From Nitrospirota bacterium (GTDB lineage Bacteria; Nitrospirota; UBA9217), in assembly GCA_963749655.1 (NCBI GenBank), contig CAVVOB010000012.1, forward strand, positions 96,001-160,000: a stretch of DNA of 64,000 nucleotides, read 5' to 3'. How positions within the stretch are numbered: position 1 is the stretch's first letter; every line of letters starts with the position of its first letter. Position numbers and translations under genes: made by a program. Of the stretch, positions 1 through 10,415 are shown one piece after another. The notes beneath the pieces were generated by a model. That model made no database searches. It saw only the letters and a list, made by a program, of their open reading frames with translations, and was not told the origin of the DNA.

Positions 1-1
1 C

Positions 2-1801
2 ATCCTTCGGGCCACCTCGGGCCGGGCCGCCGACATCGGCCGCCGGGCGTCCATCAAGACGGGCATGGTCGCCACCACGATAACGCTCGCCGCCATGGTC
101 CTGCTTTTCCTTTCGGCCTACGGATATTCGAAGACCCGGGAAGCGCTGATCCATGACAAGGATGCCGCGGCAGAGGCCTTGCTCAATGCGGCCAGGCGAA
201 AGGCCGCGACGTTCAGGGACCTTTCCTCTTTGAAAAAGAACATGGCCCCGAAGTGGGCGCACGACGGCGTGTACCTGGTCGACGCCAGCGGCGATCCCAT
301 CCCCGGCCTGCACGATGCGGCCGCGCGACCGGCGATGACCTTTGAAAAGAGCGACTCCACCATGATGAAACTGCTTCCTCTGGCTGCGCCCTTCAAGAAC
401 CTTTCCCTGGTGACTTACTACCGGATCGAACCGCAGGAGCAGGCCGTCATGCGCAGTACGACCGTCTTTTTTTCCGTGGCGGGCCTTTTCTTCCTGATTT
501 TCTCCGGCATCATCAGTTATTCGGTGGCCAGCGAGGCCTCGTCCTCGGTAAGCGACATCGCCGACAGGATGAGGCGGATATCGGAAAACAAAGAGACCCT
601 CTACAGCGAGTTCGAGGTCGTGTCCCTCGACGAGGTCGGCGACCTCACCCGGTCCTTCAACAGCCTGCAGCGCGCCATTCATCGTCAGGCCCTGCACATC
701 AAGGACCTGGAGGAGAAAAGGCACCATTTCGAGAAGGGGCAGCTGCGCCTGGCGGTGGACAAGGCAACGGCATCGCTCCAGGAGAGCGAGATGAAGTTCC
801 GGACCCTGGCGGAAACGACCACGGCAGGCATCTTCATCCACCGCGACGGGAAGATGATCTACGCGAATCCCGCCGGCGAGATCCTTTCCGGCTATACGTT
901 CAATGAGTTTCTGTGCATGGATTTCCGCGACCTGTTTCATCCCGACGACCGCGGCCTGGCGCGGCAGCTGGGCCGGGTGACGTTGACCGGCAAGCGGCTG
1001 CCCGCGGGGCGCGAGTGCAGGATCATCACCAAGGGGGGCACGACGCGATGGGTCAACATCGCGGCCGGCGTCATGGATTACGAGGGGAGGTCTGCGGTGA
1101 TCGCCACGATCTTCGACATTACGGACCGCAAGCGCGCGGAGGAGGAAAAAGTAGAGCTCTACGAGGAGCGGATCGCCGAGGAAAAGAGACACGTCATGGA
1201 AAAGGAGAACATTCTTATGGACCTGCATGACGGCATCGGCGGCATAACGACCAACATCAGCATCCTCTCCGAACTGGCCCAGAACGCGCCGGACCTGAAC
1301 AGCACGAAAGAGACGCTCTCGACGATCTCGCGCTTGTCCCGGGAAGGCCTGGCCGAGATCCGCAGCTTCATGCAGAGCCTCGACACGAAGGAACTCCATT
1401 GGCGCACCCTGGCCGCGGAGCTCAGGAACCAGGGCGCAAAAATGATGGAGCCCCACGGCATAGCCTTTTCCGTCGATCTTGCCCTGGACGATCTGCAGGA
1501 CCAGCCCAAGAGCCTTCTCTGGATCAACCTGCTCAAGATTTACCGGGAAGCGCTGACGAACATCATAAAGCATTCGAAAGCGACATCGGTCGTCGTTACG
1601 CTCCTGCTGAAGGCGGACGTGCTTCGGCTCACGGTCCAGGACGACGGGATCGGCTGCGCACAGGGCAATTGCAGCGGCAGAGGGTTGTCCAATATGAAGA
1701 AGCGGGCCGACGAGATTTGCGGCACGGTAACGGTCTCCGCGGAAAAGGGCACCCGGGTGCACCTGGAGATTCCCCTCCCCGTGATGTTCCCTCCCGCTTA
1801 G
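2..1801 (+). CDS. Membrane-bound HAMP-PAS sensor histidine kinase (HisKA_3/NarX-like); probably 5'-truncated by the window edge
   Basis: Frame is open from position 2. TM segments, HAMP (DEVGDLTRSFN), PAS (YANPA...HPDDR...DITDRK), H-box DLHDGIGG, N-box REALTNIIKHS, G-boxes DDGIG and GRGLSNM. Confidence 0.9.
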   Translation: MLRATSGRAADIGRRASIKTGMVATTITLAAMVLLFLSAYGYSKTREALIHDKDAAAEALLNAARRKAATFRDLSSLKKNMAPKWAHDGVYLVDASGDPIPGLHDAAARPAMTFEKSDSTMMKLLPLAAPFKNLSLVTYYRIEPQEQAVMRSTTVFFSVAGLFFLIFSGIISYSVASEASSSVSDIADRMRRISENKETLYSEFEVVSLDEVGDLTRSFNSLQRAIHRQALHIKDLEEKRHHFEKGQLRLAVDKATASLQESEMKFRTLAETTTAGIFIHRDGKMIYANPAGEILSGYTFNEFLCMDFRDLFHPDDRGLARQLGRVTLTGKRLPAGRECRIITKGGTTRWVNIAAGVMDYEGRSAVIATIFDITDRKRAEEEKVELYEERIAEEKRHVMEKENILMDLHDGIGGITTNISILSELAQNAPDLNSTKETLSTISRLSREGLAEIRSFMQSLDTKELHWRTLAAELRNQGAKMMEPHGIAFSVDLALDDLQDQPKSLLWINLLKIYREALTNIIKHSKATSVVVTLLLKADVLRLTVQDDGIGCAQGNCSGRGLSNMKKRADEICGTVTVSAEKGTRVHLEIPLPVMFPPA

Positions 1802-1979
1802 GGGAACGTAAAGAGGGTTCCCGTATACGGTCTCCATCCCGCCCTTCTCCGCTCCGTAGGCCCGATTGACATCGGAGTTTCCTGCGCTACAATCAGAGTA
1901 GCAGTCTGCCCGTTTCCCCGCGGTGCGTCTGAATGCATAAAACTGCCGTTCCATCGATCTGCAGGAGGAGGATAGTGTT

Positions 1980-4643
1980 ATGATCCGCAGCCGGATGAGG
2001 CTGTTTTTTACAGCCGTACTGTTCATTGTTCTTGCGTCCGCTCAGGCCTTTGCAGCGGAAAAGGATGTGCTGCGCGCGACGCTCGCGAACGGGCTCCGCG
2101 TCGTGATCGTGAAGAACACGCTCGCTCCCGTCGTGGCCACGGAGCTGAACTATCTCGCCGGGTCGAATGAAGCGCCCGAGGGCTTCCCCGGCATGGCCCA
2201 TGCGCAGGAACACATGATGTTCCGCGGCAGCCCCGGTCTCTCGGCGGACCAGCTTTCCAACATCATCGCGTTCATGGGCGGCGACTTCAACGCCGACACC
2301 CAGCAGACCGTGACCCAGTATTTCTTCACCGTGCCGAAGGAGGACCTCGACGTTGCCTTGAACCTGGAAGCGGTCCGCATGCGGGGCGTGCTCGACTCGC
2401 AGGAACTGTGGGAACAGGAGCGGGGGGCCATCGACCAGGAGGTTGCCCAGGACCTGTCGAGCCCCGATTATCTCTTTTCCATGCGCCTTCTCGCCGCGAT
2501 GTTCCCCGGCACTCCCTACGCCCACGACGCCCTGGGAACGCGGGAGTCCTTTCAGAAGACCACCGGCGCCGCGCTGAAGTCCTTTTACGATTCCTGGTAC
2601 GCGCCGAACAACGCCATCCTCGTCATTGTCGGCGATGTGGATCCGCAGAAGACGCTCGCCCGGGTGCGGGAGCTGTTCGAGCCCCTCCCGAGGAGGAGCC
2701 TTCCCGCGCGGCCAGCCGTGAATTTGCAGCCGCTCAAGCCGGCGTCCATCGAGATCGAAACCGACCAGCCCAACGGTCTTGCCGTTGCGGCCTTCCGCCT
2801 GCCCGGATATGAAAGCGCGGACTTCGCAGCAGGCATGATCCTGGCCGACGTGCTGGAGAGCAGGAGAGGCGACCTTTACGCTCTGGTGCCGGCAGGCAAG
2901 GCGCTCTTTACGGGATTCGACGGCGACGCGCTTCCGAAGGCCGGCTTCGGATACGCCCTCGCGGGGTTTCCGCGCGGCGCCGACGGCCGGGCTCTCGTGG
3001 ACCAGATCAAGAACGTCATCGCCGGCTATGTGAAGAACGGCATGCCCGCCGAGCTCGTGGAAGCGGCCAAGAGGCATGAGATCACCGATGCCGAGTTCCA
3101 GAGAAATTCGGTGTCCGGACTGGCCTCGGTATGGTCCCAGGCCCTGGCAGTCGAAGGCCGGGCGTCGCCTGACGACGACATCGACGCGATCAGAAAGGTG
3201 ACCGTCGCCGACGTGAACCGCGTGGCCCGGGAATACCTCAGGCTGGAAACCGCGGTCACGGCCGTTCTGACGCCGCAGCCCTCGGGAAAGGCCGTATCAG
3301 GCAAGGGGTTCGGCGGCAAGGAGTCCTTTTCCCCGGCCGAGACCACGGCGGTCGAGCTTCCTGCCTGGGCAAAGAACGCGGAGACGCTGCCGCCGGTGCC
3401 CGTCTCGAGAGTCACACCGGCCGTCTACACCCTGACCAACGGAATACGGCTGATCGTCCAGACCGAGAATATCAGCCCGACGGTCAGCGTCGCGGGCCAG
3501 GTGAAGAACAACAGCGACCTCGAAGAGCCGATCGGAAAGGAGGGCGTGTCGGACCTGCTGGGAGGGCTTTTTTCCTACGGCACGACCTCCCTGGACCGGC
3601 TTGCCTTCCAGAAGGCGCAGGACGACATCGGCGCTGAGATCTCCGCGGGAACGAGCTTCTCGCTCCGTGTCCTTTCGGACCGATTCGAGCGCGGCATGGA
3701 GTTGCTCGCCGACAACCTTTTCCACCCGGCGCTTCCTGAAAGCGCTTTTTCCGTGCTGCAGCACCAGACCGTGGGCTCGCTGCGGGGAGAGATCCAGAGC
3801 CCGGCGTATCTTACGCGCCAGACCCTGCGCGAGTCTCTCTATCCCAAGAACGATCCCGAGCTGCGCGATCCGACGCCCGAGTCCGTGAATACGCTCACGC
3901 TGGAGGACGTCAAAGCCTATTATGCAAAGGCGTTCCGGCCCGACATGACGACGATCGTGGTCGCGGGACAGGTGACGCCCGAGCGGGCGCGGAGCGTGGT
4001 CGAGAAATATTTCGGCTCATGGAAAGCCTCGGGACCGAAGCCGGATACTGACCCTCCTGCAGTGCCGCCCAACAAGCCCTCGTCGTCAATCGTTCCTGAC
4101 ACGAGCAGGGTCCAGGACGAGGTCACGCTGGCCCAGACCATCGGCCTGAACCGCTCCCATCCCGACTACTACAAGCTGCAGCTCGGCAACCACGTGCTGT
4201 CCGGGGCGTTCTACGCGAGCCGGCTGTACCGCGACTTGCGCGAGAAGGGCGGACTGGTCTACACGGTGGAGTCGTTCATCGACGCCGGGAAGACCCGTGC
4301 GCTCTTCGGGGTGTTCTACGCCTGCGATCCGCCCAACGTGACCCGGGCCCGAACGCTGGTGGAGAACAACCTTCGGATGATGCAGACGACGCCGGTGTCG
4401 CAGAACGAGCTGAAGCTTGCCAAGATGCTCCTTCTCCACCGGATACCGCTCTCCGAAGCGAGCGTTGACGAAGTTGCCGGCGGGCTGCTCTCGCGATCGC
4501 TCGAGGACCTGCCCCTCGACGAACCGGTCCGCGCCGCCAATATATACCTGCAGACAACGGCGGAGCAGGTGCGCGAGGCCTTTGCAAAATGGATCCGGCC
4601 TGCCGATTTCGTGCAGGTGACCACGGGGCCGCAGCCGGAGTGA
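1980..4643 (+). CDS. Secreted M16-family zinc peptidase (pitrilysin/PqqL-like)
   Basis: Signal peptide ending AQAFA; inverted zinc motif HAQEH; two M16 halves (LANGLRV, LTNGIRL; SRLYRDLREKGGLVY). Confidence 0.92.
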   Translation: MIRSRMRLFFTAVLFIVLASAQAFAAEKDVLRATLANGLRVVIVKNTLAPVVATELNYLAGSNEAPEGFPGMAHAQEHMMFRGSPGLSADQLSNIIAFMGGDFNADTQQTVTQYFFTVPKEDLDVALNLEAVRMRGVLDSQELWEQERGAIDQEVAQDLSSPDYLFSMRLLAAMFPGTPYAHDALGTRESFQKTTGAALKSFYDSWYAPNNAILVIVGDVDPQKTLARVRELFEPLPRRSLPARPAVNLQPLKPASIEIETDQPNGLAVAAFRLPGYESADFAAGMILADVLESRRGDLYALVPAGKALFTGFDGDALPKAGFGYALAGFPRGADGRALVDQIKNVIAGYVKNGMPAELVEAAKRHEITDAEFQRNSVSGLASVWSQALAVEGRASPDDDIDAIRKVTVADVNRVAREYLRLETAVTAVLTPQPSGKAVSGKGFGGKESFSPAETTAVELPAWAKNAETLPPVPVSRVTPAVYTLTNGIRLIVQTENISPTVSVAGQVKNNSDLEEPIGKEGVSDLLGGLFSYGTTSLDRLAFQKAQDDIGAEISAGTSFSLRVLSDRFERGMELLADNLFHPALPESAFSVLQHQTVGSLRGEIQSPAYLTRQTLRESLYPKNDPELRDPTPESVNTLTLEDVKAYYAKAFRPDMTTIVVAGQVTPERARSVVEKYFGSWKASGPKPDTDPPAVPPNKPSSSIVPDTSRVQDEVTLAQTIGLNRSHPDYYKLQLGNHVLSGAFYASRLYRDLREKGGLVYTVESFIDAGKTRALFGVFYACDPPNVTRARTLVENNLRMMQTTPVSQNELKLAKMLLLHRIPLSEASVDEVAGGLLSRSLEDLPLDEPVRAANIYLQTTAEQVREAFAKWIRPADFVQVTTGPQPE

Positions 4644-4671
4644 CGCCGGAAACAGGACTTGAACAAAGAGT

Positions 4672-4980
4672 AACCACAGATGAACACGGATGGACAGGGA
4701 TAAAGTCGAAGAGGATGGTCTCGAGAAAAGTCAGAAGATGTCATCCCGACCCCCTCGTGTCATTCCGAAGGAGCGGGGTGACTGCGGAATCTTGCCAGGG
4801 GGCAGTAGCAGCGACGGATTTTTAACTGACGGTGAGACCGAGTGAACGAATCAGGATTTCTCCTTCGCTCGAGATGACAGCCAGGGCCAGTATGACGAAT
4901 GGGCGATTCCCTCTTTTTCCGCCTGCATCAATGATACCTGCTCTTGATCTGTGTCAATCCGTGCTCATCTGTGGTTAATA
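4672..4980. repeat. Nested palindromic intergenic repeat: ACCACAGATGAACAC-type outer arms around a GTCATTCCG...GAGATGAC REP-like pair
   Basis: Outer arms taaccacagatgaacacggat and atccgtgctcatctgtggtta; inner arms gtcattccgaaggagc...gaatct and gatttctccttcgctcgagatgac. Confidence 0.7.
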
Positions 4981-5174
4981 GGGTTTCTTCGCCCCCTGTT
5001 ATAGATTGCCTCGAATTCCATTGTATTCCTTCAGTCGCATGACAGGAGTGCTAAAATAAAGAATGGAAGCGGCAAAAAGAGGCGGCGAGGATGCCTCTGC
5101 GCAGGTGCTTGAAAAATCGGACAATCCGAATCCCGATTGAACCCGCTCCTGCATCGGAAGGATCAGGGAAACCC

Positions 5175-7117
5175 ATGAAAAAGAACCTGACGCGAAAGAT
5201 CCTGGAAGCCCACCTGATGGAAGGCGAGCTGGTCCCGGGCCGTGAGATCGGCATCCGCATCGACCATACCCTGCTGCAGGACGCAACGGGAACGGTCGCC
5301 ATGCTCGAGTTCGAGGCCCTGGGCCTCGACCGGGTCAAGGTGGAGCTCGCGGCCCAGTACGTGGACCACAACCTGCTGCAGACCGACAACAAGAACGCCG
5401 ACGACCACAAGTTCCTGCAGACTGCGGCCGCCCGATACGGCATCCATTTCAGCAAGCCGGGAAACGGCGTTTCCCACCAGGTGCATATGGAGCGCTTCGG
5501 CGTCCCGGGCAAGACCTTCTCGGCGCGGACAGCCATACGCCGGGCGCAGCGGGCGTGTCCATGCTCGGCATCGGCGCCGGCGGGCTCGACGTGGCGCTGG
5601 CCATGGCGGGATATCCCTATCATCTCCCCTGCCCGAAGGTGCTCGGCGTGAAGCTCCTGGACAAGCTGCCGGACTGGGTGAGCGCGAAGGACGTGATCCT
5701 CGAGATGCTCCGCCGGTACGACGTCAAGGGCTGCGTCGGCAGGATCATCGAGTACTACGGGCCGGGCGTGCAACGCTTTCCGCGACGGACCGGGAGACCA
5801 TCGGCAACATGGGCACCGAGACCGGCGCGACGACGTCGATCTTCCCCTCCGACGAACGGACGCGGGAATATCTGATCGCCCAGGGGCGGGGAGATGCATG
5901 GGTACCCGCTTGCCGCTGATGAGGGCGCGGAATACGACGAATACGAGGAGATCGACCTTGCGAAGCTCGAACCGCTGATCGCAAAACCGACATCGCCGGG
6001 CAACGTGGTGCCGGTGCGGGAAGTTGCGGGAACAAAGGTGGATCAGGCCATTGTGGGAAGCAGCGTGAACTCCTCCTTCCGCGACCTGATGATCGCTGCG
6101 CGGATGCTCGAAAACAGGCGCGTCCATCCGAATACCTCTTTCCACGTGAATCCCGGAAGCAGGCAGGTGCTCGAGAACGTGTACAAGGCAGGCGGCATGC
6201 TGGCGTTCCTCACCTCCGGTGCGCGGGTGCACGAGCCGGGCTGCCAGGGCTGCATCGGCATGGGGCAGGCGCCGGGCACCGGCGAGGTGAGCCTGCGCAC
6301 CTTCCCGCGCAATTTTCCCGGCAGGTCAGGGACCAAGGACGACAAGGTCTACCTCTGCTCCCCGGAGACCGCCACGGCTGCCGCGCTCAAAGGGGTGATC
6401 ACCGATCCCCGCGATCTTGCCAAGGAGATGGCCTACCCCCGTATCGAAGACCCGAAAGAATACCTGATCGATGAGCGGTCGATCGTGTTTCCCTCCGACA
6501 ACCTCCGAAAGACGGAGATCGTCCGCGGCCCCAACATCAAACCGCTGCCGGAATTCGGCCCGCTGCCGGAGACGCTCAAGGCGCAGGTTGTGCTGAAGGT
6601 CGGCGACAACATCTCAACGGACGGCATCATGCCCGCGGGCAACCGGGTGCTGCCGTTCCGCTCGAATATCGAGGCGCTTTCGGAGTTCGTGTTCTCGCAG
6701 ATCGATCCCGACTTCGCGAAGGAATGCCGGGCGCTCGGCACTGTCGTGGTGGTCGGCGGCGAGAACTACGGCCAGGGATCGAGCCGCGAGCACGCGGCGC
6801 TGGCGCCGCGCCATCTCGGCGTGCGCGCCAAGATCGTGAAGAGCTTCGCCCGGATCCACAAGTCGAACCTCTGCAATTTCGGCATTCTCCCGCTCACCTT
6901 CAAGGACCCTGCGGACTACGAGAAGCTCCGGAAAGGGAGCGCGCTCCTGTTCCCGGAAATCAGAAAACGGATTGAACGGGGGGACCGGGAGATCCCGGTC
7001 GAGGTTGACGGCAGTACGATCACGACGATCCTGGATGTGTCCGGGCGCCAGCGGCGGCATCTGCTGGCAGGGAGTACGCTGAATGCAGTGAAGGAAGAAT
7101 TGATGGAGAAGGTATAA
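5175..7117 (+). CDS. acn: Aconitate hydratase, split by three single-base indels (likely sequencing errors)
   Basis: MKKNLTRKIL start; QDATG, DHN, (GA)DSHT, GCIGMGQAP, RTFPRNF, NYGQGSSREHA motifs. Frames join after 1-nt indels near 5517, 5771 and 5905. Confidence 0.9.
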
Positions 7118-7193
7118 TAATACAGAATACAGAAGACAGGAGACAGAAGTGAGAAGATAAGAGTAAAAGAGCAGAAGGAAAGAAGGCGTTAAT

Positions 7194-8417
7194 ATGGGTA
7201 CGGTAACGACAATAAAGCAGCCCGTAGGGACGGAAAAAGAGAGGTCGCAGATGACAAAGAACATCGGCCTGCGGGGCGTGACCGTGGCGGACACGCGGAT
7301 CTCGGACGTGGACGGCGAGAACGGGATCCTTATCTACCGGGGCTACCGGATCGAGGACCTTGCAAAATACTCGACCTTCGAGGAAACGGCCTATCTGCTC
7401 CTGAACGACGCGATGCCGAACGAGGAGCAGCTTGCGGATTTCAAAACAATGCTGGTCGAGGCGCGGGAGATGCCGTCGTTCGTCTACGAGAACATAAAAA
7501 AGCTGCCGAAGGCCGCTTCGCCGATGGACGTGCTCCAGGCGGCCGTCCCGCTCCTTGCCATGGCAGACCCGGAGCTTGCCGACGAATCGCGCAAGGCGAA
7601 CATCGCCAAGGCGGTGCGGCTCATCGCGCGCATCCCCATGATCGTGGCGGGATGGGACCGGATCAGAAGGGGCCATGATCCGCTGCCGGCCGATGAAACG
7701 CTGTCCCATGCAGGCAATTTTCTATGGCTTCTCAAGGGAACGGCGCCCGATGACGAGATGGCGCGTTATCTCGATACGGCGCTCGTGCTCCACGCCGACC
7801 ATTCGTTCAATGCGTCGACCTTCGCCTGCCGCGAAGTGGTATCGACGCGTGCGCACATGTATGCCGGCGTCGCCGCAGGCGTGGGCGCGCTGTCGGGCAG
7901 CCTGCACGGCGGGGCCAATGCGCAGGTAATGAAGATGCTGATCGCGCTCGAGGACGAGAAGGACGTGGCGGCATGGGTCCGCAGTCAGCTCGACAGCGGC
8001 AACAAGATCATGGGCATGGGGCATGCAGTGTACAAGACGACCGATCCCCGCGCAAAATATCTGAAGGACATGGGGAAGCGGCTGGGCGAGAAACTGGGTC
8101 AGGAACAGTGGCACCGCCTCTCGACGCAGATCGAGGAGACGGCCGTGGCCGAGTTCGCGAAAAGGGGCAAGACCACGATTAAGCCCAACGTCGATTTCTA
8201 CAGCGCCGCGGTCTATCACCTGATGGGCATTCCCCACGACCTGATGACCCCGGTGTTCGCGATCGCCCGGATCACGGGCTGGACCGCCCATATCATCGAA
8301 GAGAAGTTCGGCGACGCCCAGGGAAAGCCCGCGCTCTACCGGCCGTCGTCGGACTATGCAGGAAACTATTGCGGCAAGACCGGCTGCACCTACGAGCCGG
8401 TGGAGAAGAGGAAATAA
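7194..8417 (+). CDS. gltA: Citrate synthase / 2-methylcitrate synthase
   Basis: GLRGV, LIYRGY, HADHSFNASTF, GSLHGGAN, MGMGHAVYK, PNVDFYS motifs. Confidence 0.9.
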   Translation: MGTVTTIKQPVGTEKERSQMTKNIGLRGVTVADTRISDVDGENGILIYRGYRIEDLAKYSTFEETAYLLLNDAMPNEEQLADFKTMLVEAREMPSFVYENIKKLPKAASPMDVLQAAVPLLAMADPELADESRKANIAKAVRLIARIPMIVAGWDRIRRGHDPLPADETLSHAGNFLWLLKGTAPDDEMARYLDTALVLHADHSFNASTFACREVVSTRAHMYAGVAAGVGALSGSLHGGANAQVMKMLIALEDEKDVAAWVRSQLDSGNKIMGMGHAVYKTTDPRAKYLKDMGKRLGEKLGQEQWHRLSTQIEETAVAEFAKRGKTTIKPNVDFYSAAVYHLMGIPHDLMTPVFAIARITGWTAHIIEEKFGDAQGKPALYRPSSDYAGNYCGKTGCTYEPVEKRK

Positions 8418-8567
8418 CAAAATTGCGAATTGCGAATTTCGGATTTATTTTATTTAGAAGGGACTTGATCCCGGCTTAGCAGTAATGACAACAGGTCTGG
8501 TAAGACGTGCAGAATATTGAATTTTTATTCCGCAATTCCGCAATTCTTAATTGAAAGAGGAGGACGC

Positions 8568-10076
8568 ATGGCGCTCAGGAAGACGAAGAAGGCAGAGAGG
8601 AAAGTCACGAAGAAAACATCAGTCCGCGCAACGAGCAAACGGGCGTCCTCTGCGAAGAAGCAGGGGGTGAAGACCATGAAATCCAGCACAGTGAAAAAAA
8701 CACTAAAACCGGCGATGATCCGGTCCATCAATCCCTATACCGAAGAGGTTATGAAAGAATACGCGCCGATGCGGAGCCAGGAGGTCGACTGGCAGGTGGC
8801 CGCATCGCGCACGGCATTCGAGTCGTGGCGCGACGTGCCGGTGACGAACCGGACGGCGCTCCTGAAGAACCTGGCGAATGTGCTGCGGACGGAAAAGCGC
8901 AATTATGCAGAGCTCATCACGAAGGAGATGGGGAAACCCATCAAGGAGTCGCTTGCGGAGGTCGAGAAATGCGCCTGGCTGTCGGACTATTACGCCGAGA
9001 ACGCAGCCTCCTTCCTGAAGCCCGAGGACATCAAGACCGAGGCGAAAAAGAGCTATGTCATGTTCCAGCCGCTCGGCATCGTTCTCGCCATCATGCCCTG
9101 GAACTTCCCCTTCTGGCAGGCCTTCCGTTTCGGCGTGCCGTCCGTGGCCGCGGGAAATGTGGTTCTCCTGAAGCACGCTTCCAACGTGCCGATGACGGCC
9201 CTGGCCATAGAAGAGTCGTTCCGCAAGGCGGGGTTCCCGGACAACGTGTTCAGGACCCTGCTCATCGACTCGAAAGAGGCGCTCCGGCTTATCGATGAGG
9301 ATCGGGTGGACGCGGTCTCGCTCACCGGCAGCAACCAGGCCGGTGAAGAGGTCGGCGCTCATGCGGGAAGGAAAATCAAGAGGGTCGTGCTCGAACTGGG
9401 CGGCTCGGACCCCTACGTCGTGCTTGACGACGCGGACGTGCCCAAGGCGGCCCGGACGGCTGCGAATGCGCGCATGCTCAACGCGGGGCAGAGCTGCATC
9501 GCGGCAAAGCGGTTCATCGTCATGGAGGGCGCGGTCGAGGAGTTCACGAAGCACTTCATGGCTCGGCTCAAGGAGCTCAAGATAGGCGATCCGATGAACG
9601 AGAGCACCGACGTGGGCCCGGTCTCGAAAGGCGAGATCCTGCAGTCGCTCAAAGACCAGCTCCGCGACGCCCAGGCCAAGGGCGCCAAGGTGCTGTCCGT
9701 GGACAAGACCTTCACCAAGGGGCTCTTCTTCGCGCCCTGCGCGGTGGTGAATCCCAAGGAGAACATGAAGATCATGACCGAGGAGGTCTTCGGCCCCATT
9801 GCGCCGATCATCACGGTGAAGAGCGAGAATGAGGCGATCAGGGTCGCGAACAACACCGAGTTCGGACTCGGGGCGTCGGTCTGGAGCAGGAATATCGACC
9901 GCGCCGAGCGCGTTGCCGGCCGGATCGAGAGCGGGACCGTCGCGATCAACGACATGGTGAAGTCCGATCCGCGGCTGCCCTTCGGCGGCATCAAGAAGTC
10001 CGGCATCGGCAGGGAGCTGTCCCACTTCGGCCTCAGGGAGTTCGTGAACGTTAAGACCATTGTGGTGAGAGAGTAA
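8568..10076 (+). CDS. NAD(P)-dependent succinate-semialdehyde dehydrogenase-type aldehyde dehydrogenase with a basic N-terminal extension
   Basis: IMPWNFPFWQ, LKHASN, LELGGSDP, NAGQSC, EEVFGP, PFGGIKKSG motifs; RBS GAGGAGG before ATG 8568. Confidence 0.9.
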   Translation: MALRKTKKAERKVTKKTSVRATSKRASSAKKQGVKTMKSSTVKKTLKPAMIRSINPYTEEVMKEYAPMRSQEVDWQVAASRTAFESWRDVPVTNRTALLKNLANVLRTEKRNYAELITKEMGKPIKESLAEVEKCAWLSDYYAENAASFLKPEDIKTEAKKSYVMFQPLGIVLAIMPWNFPFWQAFRFGVPSVAAGNVVLLKHASNVPMTALAIEESFRKAGFPDNVFRTLLIDSKEALRLIDEDRVDAVSLTGSNQAGEEVGAHAGRKIKRVVLELGGSDPYVVLDDADVPKAARTAANARMLNAGQSCIAAKRFIVMEGAVEEFTKHFMARLKELKIGDPMNESTDVGPVSKGEILQSLKDQLRDAQAKGAKVLSVDKTFTKGLFFAPCAVVNPKENMKIMTEEVFGPIAPIITVKSENEAIRVANNTEFGLGASVWSRNIDRAERVAGRIESGTVAINDMVKSDPRLPFGGIKKSGIGRELSHFGLREFVNVKTIVVRE

Positions 10077-10415
10077 CAATCAAAATCATTCGCAACCACG
10101 GATCGGAACACAGATGAACACGGATAGAATGCCGGTTACATACAGAAGGCGGATTCTGATATGATAGGGCAGGCATCGGGTCCGCTTTGACATTGTGCAT
10201 GAGGACAGGAAAGACAGTAATGCGGAACTGCGAAGCCTTCAGAAGGTACGCAAGATTTGAAGGCATACTCCAAGCATCAAGTAGCAAATAGTTCCGAGTC
10301 TTAATGTTCAATCGTGGAACCTTGCGTCATTAGCGGTTCGGTTGCTTGATTTGATATTTGATGCTTGTGTCTCTGACATTTGCCGTTAATGGTTTTCCCG
10401 GAAAGGCTATCGTCC

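Noticed and set aside
5175-7117. Aconitase as a pseudogene or programmed frameshift
   Set aside because: Three single-base indels in short homopolymers with otherwise intact motifs. The same pattern occurs in the SRPBCC, DUF3800 and IS110 genes, so long-read sequencing error is the simplest explanation.
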